DNA of 64,000 nucleotides. It comes from Candidatus Bathyarchaeota archaeon. Its GTDB lineage: Archaea; Thermoproteota; Bathyarchaeia; TCS64. The DNA lies in assembly GCA_016930055.1 (NCBI GenBank), contig JAFGHP010000082.1, forward strand, positions 3 to 64,002, read 5' to 3'. Positions 40,194 to 50,521 of the stretch are shown piece by piece. The translations under genes were made by a program, and so were the position numbers. Every line of letters begins with the position of its first letter. The first letter of the stretch is position 1. Below the pieces are notes generated by a model that was not told the DNA's origin, did no database searches, and was given only the letters and a program-made list of their open reading frames with translations.

Positions 40194-40892
40194 GTGACTT
40201 CATTGGAGGATCTAATAAAGAATCTGATTGTAATGCTTGCTTGCTATGGTTACATTTTAGCTATGATAGTAGTATCAGGAGTCTTACCTTTGCCACATAA
40301 TATAAGTAGAAAGTTCTTGCATGCTATGATCGGGAACCTTCCTTTTATTATGCCCTTTTTCACTAATCCTATTTTCCCATTCCTTGTCGCATCGCCTTTT
40401 ATCATTATAACCTTTTTAGCAACACCATATTCTCCAATAAAAATTGGAGGAAAACTTGGAAAGTTAGGTGATCTCACAGAAGAGGGGCATAGTCTTGGTT
40501 TAGTTATGTATGCAATAAGTTATACGACTTTAGCTTGGTTTTTTGGAACGAAACCATACATTGTTGCTGCAGGTATTCTACCTATGGCTTATGGTGATAG
40601 CTCTGCTGCTTTAATAGGAGTATATTATGGAAGACACAAATACAAATTTATTGAATCTAAAAGCTTTGAAGGATCATTGGGGATGTTTATCGGTAGTTAC
40701 ATAAGTATACTAATTAGTTTAAATTATTTCAGTAATTACTACTATCTGAATTTAACTAATTTCTTTTTATCTGCTTTAATTATAGCTTTATTAGTTATGG
40801 TTGTAGAAGCAGTATCTCCTAAAGGAATAGATAATCTTGCTATTCCAGCTATTGGTGCAATTTCGTTTATTTTCTTAAATGGAGGTATTTAA
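40194..40892 (+). CDS. phytol/dolichol kinase-like (cytidylyltransferase family) membrane protein
   Basis: SRKFLH, GDSSAALIG..YG, KSFEGS and EA.S..G.DNL motifs. Confidence 0.85.
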   Translation: MTSLEDLIKNLIVMLACYGYILAMIVVSGVLPLPHNISRKFLHAMIGNLPFIMPFFTNPIFPFLVASPFIIITFLATPYSPIKIGGKLGKLGDLTEEGHSLGLVMYAISYTTLAWFFGTKPYIVAAGILPMAYGDSSAALIGVYYGRHKYKFIESKSFEGSLGMFIGSYISILISLNYFSNYYYLNLTNFFLSALIIALLVMVVEAVSPKGIDNLAIPAIGAISFIFLNGGI

Positions 40893-41471
40893 TTGGTTCT
40901 GATAATTATTGATGGATTAGATGCATCAGGGAAAAGCACTCAAGCTGATTTATTAATAAGCCATCTAAAAAATATTAGGAAAACTTATTTTTTAAGATCT
41001 CATCCTTCGGATGATAATTTTTTCGGTAAAAGGGCAAGAGAATATTTATTCATTAAAACTAAAAACGCACATATTGCTGCAAGTTTATTTTATTTATTAG
41101 ATGTGATACGTTCAATTGTTTTATACAGTTGGAGGTCAGCAGATTATGTCATTTATGTACGTTACTTATTAGGAACCGCTTATTTACCAGCTCCTTTACA
41201 TAAGATCACATTTCTTTTCTTCTCAAAAACCGTGCCTGTCTCAGATAACATGTTTTATTTAAAAGTCAGTCCAGCAGAAGCTTTTAGGCGCATAGTTAAT
41301 AATCGCGTAAAAATTGAAAGATTTGAAACATTAAATGAATTAAATAAAACCTCCGAAAAAGCAATGGAATTAATAACAAATAGTAAATGGAAAATTATCG
41401 AAGGAGATCAACCAGTTAAAGAAATTCATGAACAGATTCTAAAAAAAATAGGATTAAAAAAATTAAAATAA
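40893..41471 (+). CDS. thymidylate kinase family protein
   Basis: IDGLDASGKSTQ P-loop; VRY in place of DRY. Confidence 0.75.
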   Translation: MVLIIIDGLDASGKSTQADLLISHLKNIRKTYFLRSHPSDDNFFGKRAREYLFIKTKNAHIAASLFYLLDVIRSIVLYSWRSADYVIYVRYLLGTAYLPAPLHKITFLFFSKTVPVSDNMFYLKVSPAEAFRRIVNNRVKIERFETLNELNKTSEKAMELITNSKWKIIEGDQPVKEIHEQILKKIGLKKLK

Positions 41472-41612
41472 GAAATTAATTTTTAAGAAATAATATTCTA
41501 AAAATTCTCTTATGTTTTATAAATTATACACAAATTATGAATAAAATACTTATAATGTTTTAATATTTGTTTTACTTTTTGAGGTTAAACTTTAGAAAAC
41601 GATGGTGAAAAT

Positions 41613-42281
41613 TTGCATAAGTTAAAACTCGTCATATTTGATTTAGAGGGGCTTTCTTTTAATGATACTATTAATGATGTAACAATAGAAAACTTATGTT
41701 TATATGAGGCAATTAAAGAAAAAAATCAAAAGATCACAATTAGTGAGGTTAAAAATCTTCTATACAGAAATCCAAAGAACATACTAAAGAAATATCTACC
41801 TGATTTTAGTTATGAAAGTTATAAGAAATATATTGAATTTTTAAATATTAATATTAAAGAACTGAAAGAGGTTAATGGTGTATGGGAAATTTTTCAATGG
41901 TTTAAAGCACATGATATTAAAGTTGCTTTGGTCAGTAATTTGCCAGCTTTAATAGTTAAGCAAATACTTGATAATTTTGGATGGTTAGCTAATGAAGCTT
42001 ATGATTACTGGATTTGTAGTGAAATTGTTGAAGAGTGGAGACCTAGTTCAATTATGGTTCGAAGATCAATGAGGCATTTCAATATTTGGAATCTTAAAGA
42101 AGTTATCAAAGTCAGTTCAACGCCTTCAGGTATACTTGAGGGGAAAAATGCTGGTGTACTTACGATAGCTATGAAATCAAAAGGATATTCTGATTCTGAA
42201 TTATTAGAGAAAAACCCTGATAACTTCTTCCTAAATTTTAAAGAGTTGCTGGGTTGGTTGAAGGAAAATGGTTTTATTTAA
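41613..42281 (+). CDS. HAD superfamily (phosphonatase-like) protein with degenerate motifs
   Basis: LVIFDLEG, VSN, RP...M, KVSSTPSGILEGKNAG. Confidence 0.7.
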   Translation: MHKLKLVIFDLEGLSFNDTINDVTIENLCLYEAIKEKNQKITISEVKNLLYRNPKNILKKYLPDFSYESYKKYIEFLNINIKELKEVNGVWEIFQWFKAHDIKVALVSNLPALIVKQILDNFGWLANEAYDYWICSEIVEEWRPSSIMVRRSMRHFNIWNLKEVIKVSSTPSGILEGKNAGVLTIAMKSKGYSDSELLEKNPDNFFLNFKELLGWLKENGFI

Positions 42282-43515
42282 TGTCTGGTTCTTTGACTAG
42301 AAAAATAACTGTAAAAAAAATTGGTATAATAAATAAATATTGTAACCAAAAGGGAAGTTGATGGTCGACGTTATCATAGATCCATCCCCCCATTATTGCC
42401 CCTATACTTGCTGTAAGCATACCCCAAAATCCACGGCTACCATTAACTTTTCCTCTATGTTCTTTTGGTACAAGATCAGCAGTCAAAGCATTTGCTGCAC
42501 TTCCCATCATAACTTGCAGAACACCAATCATTGTCATGGATAAAATAAGTCTCCAAAAATCCCCATAAACAAAAAGAGGTATCGCAATACCCCATAGTAT
42601 ATAGGAAAATATTATTGGCTTCTTCTTTCCAATAATATCTATTAATTTACCTCCAGGTATAGCAAAAATTATCATTGTTATAAATAAGCTAGCCATTATC
42701 CAGCTAAGTTGAATCTCAGTGATAAGAAGATCTTCAATAATGTATAAAACAAAAATGGGCATAAACATTTGAATTGCGAAAGACATTACAACATCCACTA
42801 AAAATAGTATAAAAGCAGTTTTAGGTACTTTTTCCCATACAGTAACACTCTCTTTAAGACTCTGGGGATAACTTGAAACGATTTCACGGAAATTTACTGG
42901 TTTAGGGTCTTCAAGGGTTTCAGTTAACCTACTTCGAATTAAAGCCGACCCTAAAAAAGCTATTACTACCAATCCATAACTTAATCTCATACTGGGTATT
43001 AGACCCATCCTCAGATATAGAAAACCCGCAAGTAATGGTGAGGGAGTAGTGCTAACGCTCATTATTAAATTAATTAGACTGAACGCCATTCCTCTTTTTT
43101 CACTTGGTACACTGTCTGCAACTAAAGCATTCATTGCAGGTAGATAGATCATTGTGAAGCCAGTAATTATCGAACCTAAAAGAATCCATTCCCAGTTTGG
43201 AGCAAATACATAGAGAACACGAGCAAATCCAGCAACTGCAGTCATACTAAAAATTAACCATTTACGTCCATACTTATCAGCAAGGTATCCCCCCGGGATT
43301 TGTGAAAAAGCTTGAGAAAGGTTTGCAGCTGCTTGTATTAATCCGATAGAAGACGCTGTACCGCCAAGAGCTTTAATGTAAAGTGGATAATAAGTTGTTG
43401 GGAGTTCATTAAAGAAATCCATAAAAAACCAACTTGTAAGCATTATTGCAAAATTGCCAGTTACAAAAGCAAATTCTCTACGTATTTTACCCTTGAAACT
43501 TCTTTCTTCAGACAT
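42274..43515 (-). CDS. MFS transporter
   Basis: GYLADKYGRK and GKLIDIIGKK motif A repeats; 12 TM segments. Confidence 0.92.
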   Translation of the reverse strand: MSEERSFKGKIRREFAFVTGNFAIMLTSWFFMDFFNELPTTYYPLYIKALGGTASSIGLIQAAANLSQAFSQIPGGYLADKYGRKWLIFSMTAVAGFARVLYVFAPNWEWILLGSIITGFTMIYLPAMNALVADSVPSEKRGMAFSLINLIMSVSTTPSPLLAGFLYLRMGLIPSMRLSYGLVVIAFLGSALIRSRLTETLEDPKPVNFREIVSSYPQSLKESVTVWEKVPKTAFILFLVDVVMSFAIQMFMPIFVLYIIEDLLITEIQLSWIMASLFITMIIFAIPGGKLIDIIGKKKPIIFSYILWGIAIPLFVYGDFWRLILSMTMIGVLQVMMGSAANALTADLVPKEHRGKVNGSRGFWGMLTASIGAIMGGWIYDNVDHQLPFWLQYLFIIPIFFTVIFLVKEPDIK

Positions 43516-43675
43516 TGAATGCCACTGAGTTCAGCAACTGTAAAAGTATATAAACAAAACGAGTATCTTTCAATACCTGTAATTTTTCATCTTTGTCTTT
43601 TCGAGCATTTTTAAGGATCTTTTTAACGTTTTAAGTTTTTTTTATTACCGTTTTAAAAAATTATCTCTAGATATG

Positions 43676-45268
43676 TTATTTTTCAATTTTTATTGATCCT
43701 GTTGATGTTTTTGAGATATATAATGGTTTATTATAAGAAGAGGTTTCATTGGGGTAATCTTTTCTATAATGAGCGCCTCTACTTTCTTTTCTTTCCATTG
43801 CACTCCTTATAATTATTTCTGCTGTATCAAGACCCATTAATAATTCTAGTGCACTAAGAACCATCTGTCCATCAGCTGCTGAAATTCTATAAGCCATGTT
43901 TCTTAAGTCAATTATTTCTTCAAAGGCATCACTTAGACTAATGCTATCTCTAATTATTCCAACTTGTGCCCACATTGTTTCTCTTAGTCGATTCATGAGA
44001 ATAAATGCGTCAAAACCTGATTCTCTTTTTTGTAGTAAATTATATTTTTCGTTTTCTTCTTCTACTAGGTCTTCAAATAATGTTTTGCTTCGTTTATTTT
44101 TTTTCGCATTCTTTGCAGCTGCAGCACCAGCTCTTTTACCAAAGACTATTGCTTCAGTTAAAGCATTACCACCATGTCTATTCGCACCATGAACTCCACC
44201 CACAACTTCTCCTGCAGCATATAAACCTGGAACACCCGTGTAACCGTTTTCGTCTATTACCAATCCACCCATGCAAAAATGACTAATTGGGGCTACTTTG
44301 AAAGGTTTTTCAAGGGCTTTAAGCTTCTCAACTAGAGTTTTCATTAGCCCTTCTGAGGCTATTTCTTTTTGGCTCTTTTTTTCAAAGACTTCTCTAGCAT
44401 CTATTAGAACCGATCCATCAACTCCTCCCCCTTGATTAATTTCAATCATCATAGCACGGCTAAGCAGATCACGACTCTTTAAAACATATGGTCTAGAAGT
44501 AATTCTATATTTTTTAGGGATATCCTCCCCTAAAGCATTCATTATTTTGCCTTCTTCCGCGATTGTACCTCCGATTAAAGAAGGAGGTACTCCTGCTTCT
44601 GCTAAAGCGATAGGAAAAAACTGGACAAACTCCATATCTCGAAGTTTTGCTCCTGCATGATAACCTAAACTATATCCATCACCCGTAGTATGTAAAGGGC
44701 AATCAGTTCTTTTGTAGAGGGCTCCTGCTCCTCCCGTAGCCAGTATGATTGTTTTTGTTCTAATTGTAATAGAGTTATTATTATGAAAATCAAAACCAAC
44801 AGCCCCTATGATTCTTCCTCCTTTTTTCAATAATTTAGTGATGATAATATTTTCATAAAATTCTATACCTAAGTTTTTAATGTATTTAACCATCGGTTCA
44901 GTTAGTGCCCATCCAGGGGTTGGGGCTTTACCTACACTTATGCCCTCTTTATTAATCCTAATATCAACACCGTATTTTTTCAACTCTATGCAGCATTTTT
45001 CTCCTTCATTAGAGAGAATTTTCAAAAGTTTAGGATCATTAATATTCTTACCAACCTTCATTGAGTCAAAAAAATGTTCTTCAGGAGTTAGGTCATTTAT
45101 TGCAGCCCTAAATCCCCCACCAGAGACAAAAGTAGAATTATTCATTCCCATTGGAGCTTTAGAAATAATAATGATTTCACAGCCTGTTTCATATGCTTCA
45201 ATAGCTGCTCTCAAACCAGCTGCTCCGCTTCCAATTACTAGAATATCTGTATCTAATACTGATACCAT
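43676..45268 (-). CDS. succinate dehydrogenase/fumarate reductase/NadB family flavoprotein
   Basis: GSGAAG, LATGG, TGDG, DMEFVQF, HFCMGG, GANR.GGN and ESRGAHYR motifs. Confidence 0.88.
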   Translation of the reverse strand: MVSVLDTDILVIGSGAAGLRAAIEAYETGCEIIIISKAPMGMNNSTFVSGGGFRAAINDLTPEEHFFDSMKVGKNINDPKLLKILSNEGEKCCIELKKYGVDIRINKEGISVGKAPTPGWALTEPMVKYIKNLGIEFYENIIITKLLKKGGRIIGAVGFDFHNNNSITIRTKTIILATGGAGALYKRTDCPLHTTGDGYSLGYHAGAKLRDMEFVQFFPIALAEAGVPPSLIGGTIAEEGKIMNALGEDIPKKYRITSRPYVLKSRDLLSRAMMIEINQGGGVDGSVLIDAREVFEKKSQKEIASEGLMKTLVEKLKALEKPFKVAPISHFCMGGLVIDENGYTGVPGLYAAGEVVGGVHGANRHGGNALTEAIVFGKRAGAAAAKNAKKNKRSKTLFEDLVEEENEKYNLLQKRESGFDAFILMNRLRETMWAQVGIIRDSISLSDAFEEIIDLRNMAYRISAADGQMVLSALELLMGLDTAEIIIRSAMERKESRGAHYRKDYPNETSSYNKPLYISKTSTGSIKIEK

Positions 45269-45344
45269 AGTACTATGTTATTCACAATTAGTTTTAATAA
45301 CTGATCCTTTTTCGATTCTGCCCTCTAATAGTTTATTAATAATA

Positions 45345-45815
45345 TTAATCATTCTTGGTTAATTTAATTAAGCAGAAATCTTCAGCTGACTCTCTTGTTA
45401 TGACAGGCTCAATTTCCAAGTTTTTATCAATTTGCATTAACGTGGCTCTAATTGATGGTAAAACCAAATTACTGCATAACCCATTTAGAAAATAACCACA
45501 GTCTATGCCTATTTCCAGATAGAGTTCGTTAAATGGGCATTTATTGATTAAAAAAGTGTAGCTGTCTTCTGTTTTTTTATGTATTTTAATATCAGCCCCT
45601 GTTTCAGTCATGAATGCTTTGAATATTTCTGCTCCTTTTTCAATAGGGTGAAGTGTTTTTGGTAAGTTTTTTTCATATCTTTTTGCTATAAGTACACCCT
45701 GTTCAGTTGATGCTGATTCTAACATTTGTAATGCTTCTCGCGTCCCCAATTTTTTAATAACTTCAATTAAGTATAATGATAACAAAGTATAACCATAACT
45801 ATAATTTGTAGTCAT
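45345..45815 (-). CDS. hypothetical V4R/ATC-hydrolase-like Cys-containing protein
   Basis: KCPF, DCG, LC and FC motifs in an alpha/beta pattern. Confidence 0.5.
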   Translation of the reverse strand: MTTNYSYGYTLLSLYLIEVIKKLGTREALQMLESASTEQGVLIAKRYEKNLPKTLHPIEKGAEIFKAFMTETGADIKIHKKTEDSYTFLINKCPFNELYLEIGIDCGYFLNGLCSNLVLPSIRATLMQIDKNLEIEPVITRESAEDFCLIKLTKND

Positions 45816-45908
45816 ATGTTTGATGCAGTGTAGAACTTTTTAAAATTTTTTACTAAGATAGTTTGCATTCTTATTCCTTTTATATGTAATAACTTTATTT
45901 TTTAATTT

Positions 45909-46718
45909 TTATTCTAGGTGTTTGTATATTGCGGCAGATAAAAAGAAAGCAGTTAAAGTGAAAATTATTATGCCACTTGTAGCAATATTGAAAAGTGCTG
46001 AAGTAAAAATCCCAACTATTACACTTAGTACACCTATAATAACTGAAATTATTGAAGTTTTTTTAAATCCTTTATTAAATTGAAGTGCTGTTAGACCAGG
46101 CAAAACTAGCAGAGCAACAACTAAAATCATACCAACGACTTTTATGCTTAAAACAATAGTAACTGCAACAAGAATGTTTAATCCAGTTTCTAAAACATTT
46201 ACTGGAATACCCATAAGTCTAGACGCTTCTTCATCGAAAGTTATTGATAATAATTCTTTGTAAAAAACTATTATTAGAATAAGTGTCACTATTCCTAGAC
46301 TCGAAATTAATATTAAATCAAATTGGCCAATTGTTAGAATACTACCAAATAAATAACTGAATAAATCAACATTAAAACCACCTGCAAGGCTAATTAGAAT
46401 TAATCCTATACTGAAACCAATTGATAACATTACAGCAATTGCTGAATCAGATTGTGCTAATCCTTTTCTTCTGATATAATTAATCAATAATACACCAATA
46501 ATTGAAATAATTAGTGCAGTTAGTAACGGGTTTATTCCAAGAAATAGTCCAAGTGCAATACCTCCAAAACTGATGTGTGCGACGCCGTCTCCTATCATTG
46601 ATTCTTTCCTTAATATTATAAATAATCCAATCAAAGCACAGACTAGAGCAGCAATTGAGCCACCAATTAGAGCATTCTGGAAGAAATGGTAACTAATTAA
46701 TTTTAATGGGTCAAACAT
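45909..46718 (-). CDS. znuB: Zn/Mn ABC transporter permease
   Basis: GDGVAH.SFGG, YLFGSIL, FDEE and KVVG motifs; ATG 46718 overlaps the upstream gene end. Confidence 0.88.
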   Translation of the reverse strand: MFDPLKLISYHFFQNALIGGSIAALVCALIGLFIILRKESMIGDGVAHISFGGIALGLFLGINPLLTALIISIIGVLLINYIRRKGLAQSDSAIAVMLSIGFSIGLILISLAGGFNVDLFSYLFGSILTIGQFDLILISSLGIVTLILIIVFYKELLSITFDEEASRLMGIPVNVLETGLNILVAVTIVLSIKVVGMILVVALLVLPGLTALQFNKGFKKTSIISVIIGVLSVIVGIFTSALFNIATSGIIIFTLTAFFLSAAIYKHLE

Positions 46719-47493
46719 CCTCAAATAATCCCTCACACATATGTTCATGGAAAACAAATCGGAAATGCTGCCCATACGCTTTTTTAAGAACTTCCGAAAA
46801 TTTGTTTTCGTCACTAATATCTGCTACATTCACTTCTCTATTAACGCAAACAACTCTTCCCATTCTACAAAAAACAGCAGATAGATCGTGGCTTACATCT
46901 AATATGGTAACTCTAGTTTTAAGGTTTAAATCACTTAGTTTCATGTAAAATCTTTCTTGGGTTTGTGGATCAACGCCTGAAACAGGTTCATCCAAGAATA
47001 GTATCTCAGGGTCTCTAACCATTGCTTTTGCTACAAAGATTCTTTGTTTTTGACCACCACTTAAATGACCAATTCTTTTATCAGCAAAATCGTTTAACCC
47101 CATAAATTTGAGCATTTCATCTACGCGTTTCCAATCTTCTGGTTTTAATTTTTTACCAATATTTCCTCTATTAATCCTTCCAAGACTTACTAACTCCCTT
47201 ACTGTAAGTGGAAAATCTTTATCAAAACTATTTGATTCTTGACTGACATAAGCAATTCTTTTCCATTCATTAAATGACTCTATCGGTTCACCAAATAGGG
47301 TTATTTTTCCTTCATCTTTTGGGAGTAAACCTAAAATTGTTTTTATTAAAGTTGTTTTTCCTCCACCGTTGGGTCCTACCACTCCAACAAAATCTCCTCT
47401 AAAAATCTTCAAATTTGCTGATTTAATTATTTTTTCCCCATTCCTAGAGACGTTTAAATCTTCAATATCTATTAAAACTTCTTTTTCATCCAT
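46711..47493 (-). CDS. znuC: Zn/Mn ABC transporter ATPase
   Basis: GPNGGGKTT, LSGGQKQR, LDEP and SHDL motifs; C-terminal HEH.C. Confidence 0.9.
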   Translation of the reverse strand: MDEKEVLIDIEDLNVSRNGEKIIKSANLKIFRGDFVGVVGPNGGGKTTLIKTILGLLPKDEGKITLFGEPIESFNEWKRIAYVSQESNSFDKDFPLTVRELVSLGRINRGNIGKKLKPEDWKRVDEMLKFMGLNDFADKRIGHLSGGQKQRIFVAKAMVRDPEILFLDEPVSGVDPQTQERFYMKLSDLNLKTRVTILDVSHDLSAVFCRMGRVVCVNREVNVADISDENKFSEVLKKAYGQHFRFVFHEHMCEGLFEDV

Positions 47494-48437
47494 TATTCAT
47501 TCAACCCCAAATTAAGATTCGTTAAGTTTTGCTTCATTTGTTCTAAATAATCAAAACCATCTGTCTCACCATTCATATGATAGATTTTTAAAATTTTAAT
47601 TTCTTTACTAGATTTTCTACTTAGTTCCTCTTTTATTACTTGGACATATATATCAGAGTATCCTGGTTCTATATAAAAAACATCAGCTTTTTCATTTAAC
47701 ATAATTTCTATAATTTCAGACAATGTTTGTGTACTTGGTTGTTGATCGGCAGATAGTCCAATAATGCTGTATTGAGTCAGATTATAATCTCTAGCGATAT
47801 AACCAAAAGCTTCATGAGTAGTAAAAAAGACTCTTTTTTCTAAATTATGCATTTTTTTATTGTATTCATTTTCAATATTTTCTAATTTTATTTTTAATTT
47901 ATTCCAGTTCTGTGAGTAATACTCTGCATTTTCTGGATCAACTTTTAAGAGTGCTTGATAAATTTTTGTTGCTTGTAATATTGCCATTCGAGGACTTACC
48001 CATGTATGTGGGTCGTATTGTCCATGTTCCTCTATTTCTGTTTGTTCAGTATTAGTTATTAGGTTAAGTCCTGAAGTTGTGTCGACAATAATTTTTCCTT
48101 CAGTGTTAATGATTGGAAGTATGTCTTCAGTTATCCAATTATCAAATCCAGCTCCATTATATATTATTAAATCCGCATCGTTAGAAGTGATTATACTCTT
48201 CATAGAAGGTTGCCAACTATGGGCTTCAACTCCTGGTTCAATTAAACTGATTACTGAAACTTTTTCAGCTCCGATCTGTTCAGCAATATATGCTAAAGGG
48301 TAAAATGTAGCAACGATTTTTATGTTACCTTCTGAAACGGTTCCTTGGAATCCTACTGATAAATATAAACTTGAAAATAGGATTATTAAAACAATAATTG
48401 GTATTGTTGATAAAAGTAACCGTTTCTTTTTTTCCAT
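47493..48437 (-). CDS. znuA: Zn/Mn ABC transporter substrate-binding protein
   Basis: N-terminal anchor; EAHSWQP, DPHTW and HEAFGY motifs. Confidence 0.88.
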   Translation of the reverse strand: MEKKKRLLLSTIPIIVLIILFSSLYLSVGFQGTVSEGNIKIVATFYPLAYIAEQIGAEKVSVISLIEPGVEAHSWQPSMKSIITSNDADLIIYNGAGFDNWITEDILPIINTEGKIIVDTTSGLNLITNTEQTEIEEHGQYDPHTWVSPRMAILQATKIYQALLKVDPENAEYYSQNWNKLKIKLENIENEYNKKMHNLEKRVFFTTHEAFGYIARDYNLTQYSIIGLSADQQPSTQTLSEIIEIMLNEKADVFYIEPGYSDIYVQVIKEELSRKSSKEIKILKIYHMNGETDGFDYLEQMKQNLTNLNLGLNE

Positions 48438-48460
48438 AAGTGGTTTAAATGTTTGGAACC

Positions 48461-48504
48461 TAATAAAGAATTTCTACTTATTAATAAAAAATATTATATT
48501 ATTA
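48461..48504. promoter_or_regulatory. two tandem TAATAA-N11-TTATTA palindromes, candidate operator of the NikR-like regulator
   Basis: 48461-66/48478-83 and 48482-87/48499-504, both with 11-nt spacers, between divergent znuA and the regulator. Confidence 0.5.
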
Positions 48505-48528
48505 TAAGATTCTTAATAATTGATATTA

Positions 48529-48912
48529 ATGCCTATTATTAGCATATCTATTAATGATAATTTATTGAAAGAACTTGATAATATACAGGCAGATTATGGT
48601 TATTCTGGGCGGTCTGAATTGATAAGAGCCGCAATCCGTCTAATTGTCAATGAATCAAGGGATAAACGAAAAACAACAGGGAACATTGTTGCTCTTTTAA
48701 TAGCTCTTCATAGATATGATATTAAACAACACGTTACTCATATTCAATCAAAATATCTTGACGTGATTAATACTCAACTACATAGTAAATTTAAAGAAGG
48801 TAAATGTATGGAACTTTTTATCTTAGATGGAAATGCTGCACGAATTAAAGAATTAAGTAACGAGTTGCAAAAAAACGAAGAAAACGATTATGTTAAATTA
48901 ATCATTATTTAA
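48529..48912 (+). CDS. NikR/CopG family ribbon-helix-helix metalloregulator
   Basis: IISISI..LL.ELD..GYSGRSELIR.AIR plus an ACT-like C-domain QLHSK...KCMELF. Confidence 0.85.
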   Translation: MPIISISINDNLLKELDNIQADYGYSGRSELIRAAIRLIVNESRDKRKTTGNIVALLIALHRYDIKQHVTHIQSKYLDVINTQLHSKFKEGKCMELFILDGNAARIKELSNELQKNEENDYVKLIII

Positions 48913-48943
48913 GTTAAATTCTATTTACTGGAGAATCAGAGAA

Positions 48944-49555
48944 ATGATTATGCTTGAAGCAAATGAAAAGAACATTGAAACTGCTTCAAATATTATATTA
49001 AATGGTGGAATAGTGATCTATCCTACTGAAACTGTTTATGGTATTGGTTGTGATCCTTCCAATGCTAATGCTGTAAAAAAAATTTATATGATTAAAGGAA
49101 GAGAAAAGAAACCTTTACCTTTGATATCCGCTGACATTGAATCAGTTCAAAATTTGGTAGTAATGAATACTATAGCAATGAAATTTGCTGAAATTTTTTG
49201 GCCTGGACCACTAATGATGATTTTACCTTCAAAAGTCGAATTTAACGAATTAGTTTCTCAAGGTACAAATACTTTAGGTATAAGAGTCACTTCTCATCCT
49301 GTTGCTAATAAACTTGCCAAATTAAGTGGTGGTAGTATTATTAGTACAAGTGCAAACATTTCTGGACAAAAACCTGCTCTTTCAGCTCAAGAAGCATCAA
49401 AATATTTTGAGAATGATGTTGATTTAATTCTCGATGGGGGAGTATCTGAATCAAATCAGCCCTCAACTATAATTGACCTATCCAATAAACCTACAATTTT
49501 AAGGCTTGGCTCCATTACCAAAGAACAAATAGATAATATTCTAGATAATTTATAA
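48944..49555 (+). CDS. sua5: L-threonylcarbamoyladenylate synthase (TsaC/Sua5, single domain)
   Basis: YPTETVYG, KGR..KPL, WPGPL and STSANISG motifs. Confidence 0.92.
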   Translation: MIMLEANEKNIETASNIILNGGIVIYPTETVYGIGCDPSNANAVKKIYMIKGREKKPLPLISADIESVQNLVVMNTIAMKFAEIFWPGPLMMILPSKVEFNELVSQGTNTLGIRVTSHPVANKLAKLSGGSIISTSANISGQKPALSAQEASKYFENDVDLILDGGVSESNQPSTIIDLSNKPTILRLGSITKEQIDNILDNL

Positions 49556-50434
49556 TTTCCAGCCTTTATTAACTAGTTTTGCTACATTCACATTTAATGG
49601 AGCTTTAACTGTTTTAGCTACAGGTACGCATTTAGTTCTAAAAATATACATTAAGTAACATGGGGCTTCTACTTCTGTTAATGTTTCCCAATTTGCCATA
49701 CCTTTTGCTATGATAATATTGCTTGAAAAGAATATTTTATTGAATTCTGTTGAAGTCTCATTAAGATTAACACCTATCGCATCTGTTCCAGTAGATATTA
49801 AATAATTTGCTTCTTCTAAAATCCCTACACTTATTGCATCCTTTAATAGGGCATCATTTAGACATGGGCCTCCTTTAACAGCAACGGTTGTAATACAGTT
49901 TCGTTCTTTTAATTCTCTAATAACTAATTTATCAAAAGCAATTTCTCCGGCATTATCGGTTAGATAAAGAACTTTAACCCCTGGTGCCAATAATTTTTCT
50001 AGTTTATTGGAGTCGTCAATGAAAAACCCTTCATCAAGTCCCTTTAAAGCTTCTTCAACATCGTAACTATGATCTGGTACATCAAATTCAATTACATTAC
50101 CTATACATGCAACTTTTAGAGCTGATCTAAACCTTTCAGATTTAGGTTGATTTTGAATATATTCTTCCATTTTTGGTAAAATTTCTAAAGCTTTCTTATT
50201 TGATTCAATTTTTAAATTAGCATAAGGATCATCACAGTTCGTAATTTTTCTTAAAAGTCTACAACGTTCTGCTCCAATAAAGCTTGGAACTGCTTCAGAG
50301 TTAAATTTTTCATCCATTAATTTAAAAAGTTCTTGAAGGGCTAAAAATCGGTTAGATTCATTATCTGTTGATCGTTCAATTATTTTATATCCCCTATGTA
50401 AAAGACAATATCCACACTGTGAATTAACCTTCAT
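49550..50434 (-). CDS. ARMT1/DUF89 damage-control phosphatase
   Basis: C..C, DPY..K, GN, DNAGEI.FD, NDA, KGMANWE and KC motifs. Confidence 0.88.
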   Translation of the reverse strand: MKVNSQCGYCLLHRGYKIIERSTDNESNRFLALQELFKLMDEKFNSEAVPSFIGAERCRLLRKITNCDDPYANLKIESNKKALEILPKMEEYIQNQPKSERFRSALKVACIGNVIEFDVPDHSYDVEEALKGLDEGFFIDDSNKLEKLLAPGVKVLYLTDNAGEIAFDKLVIRELKERNCITTVAVKGGPCLNDALLKDAISVGILEEANYLISTGTDAIGVNLNETSTEFNKIFFSSNIIIAKGMANWETLTEVEAPCYLMYIFRTKCVPVAKTVKAPLNVNVAKLVNKGWKL

Positions 50435-50521
50435 CTTGAATACTCAACGGGTTGAAGTATTGCTTAAATATTTGGTTTAGTAGGAATACCCTTTTTCATT
50501 AGAAGGACTATTAAATTTGAG

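Noticed and set aside
46719-46814. Longer znuB start at 46814
   Set aside because: It lies inside znuC; ATG 46718 gives a normal short overlap.
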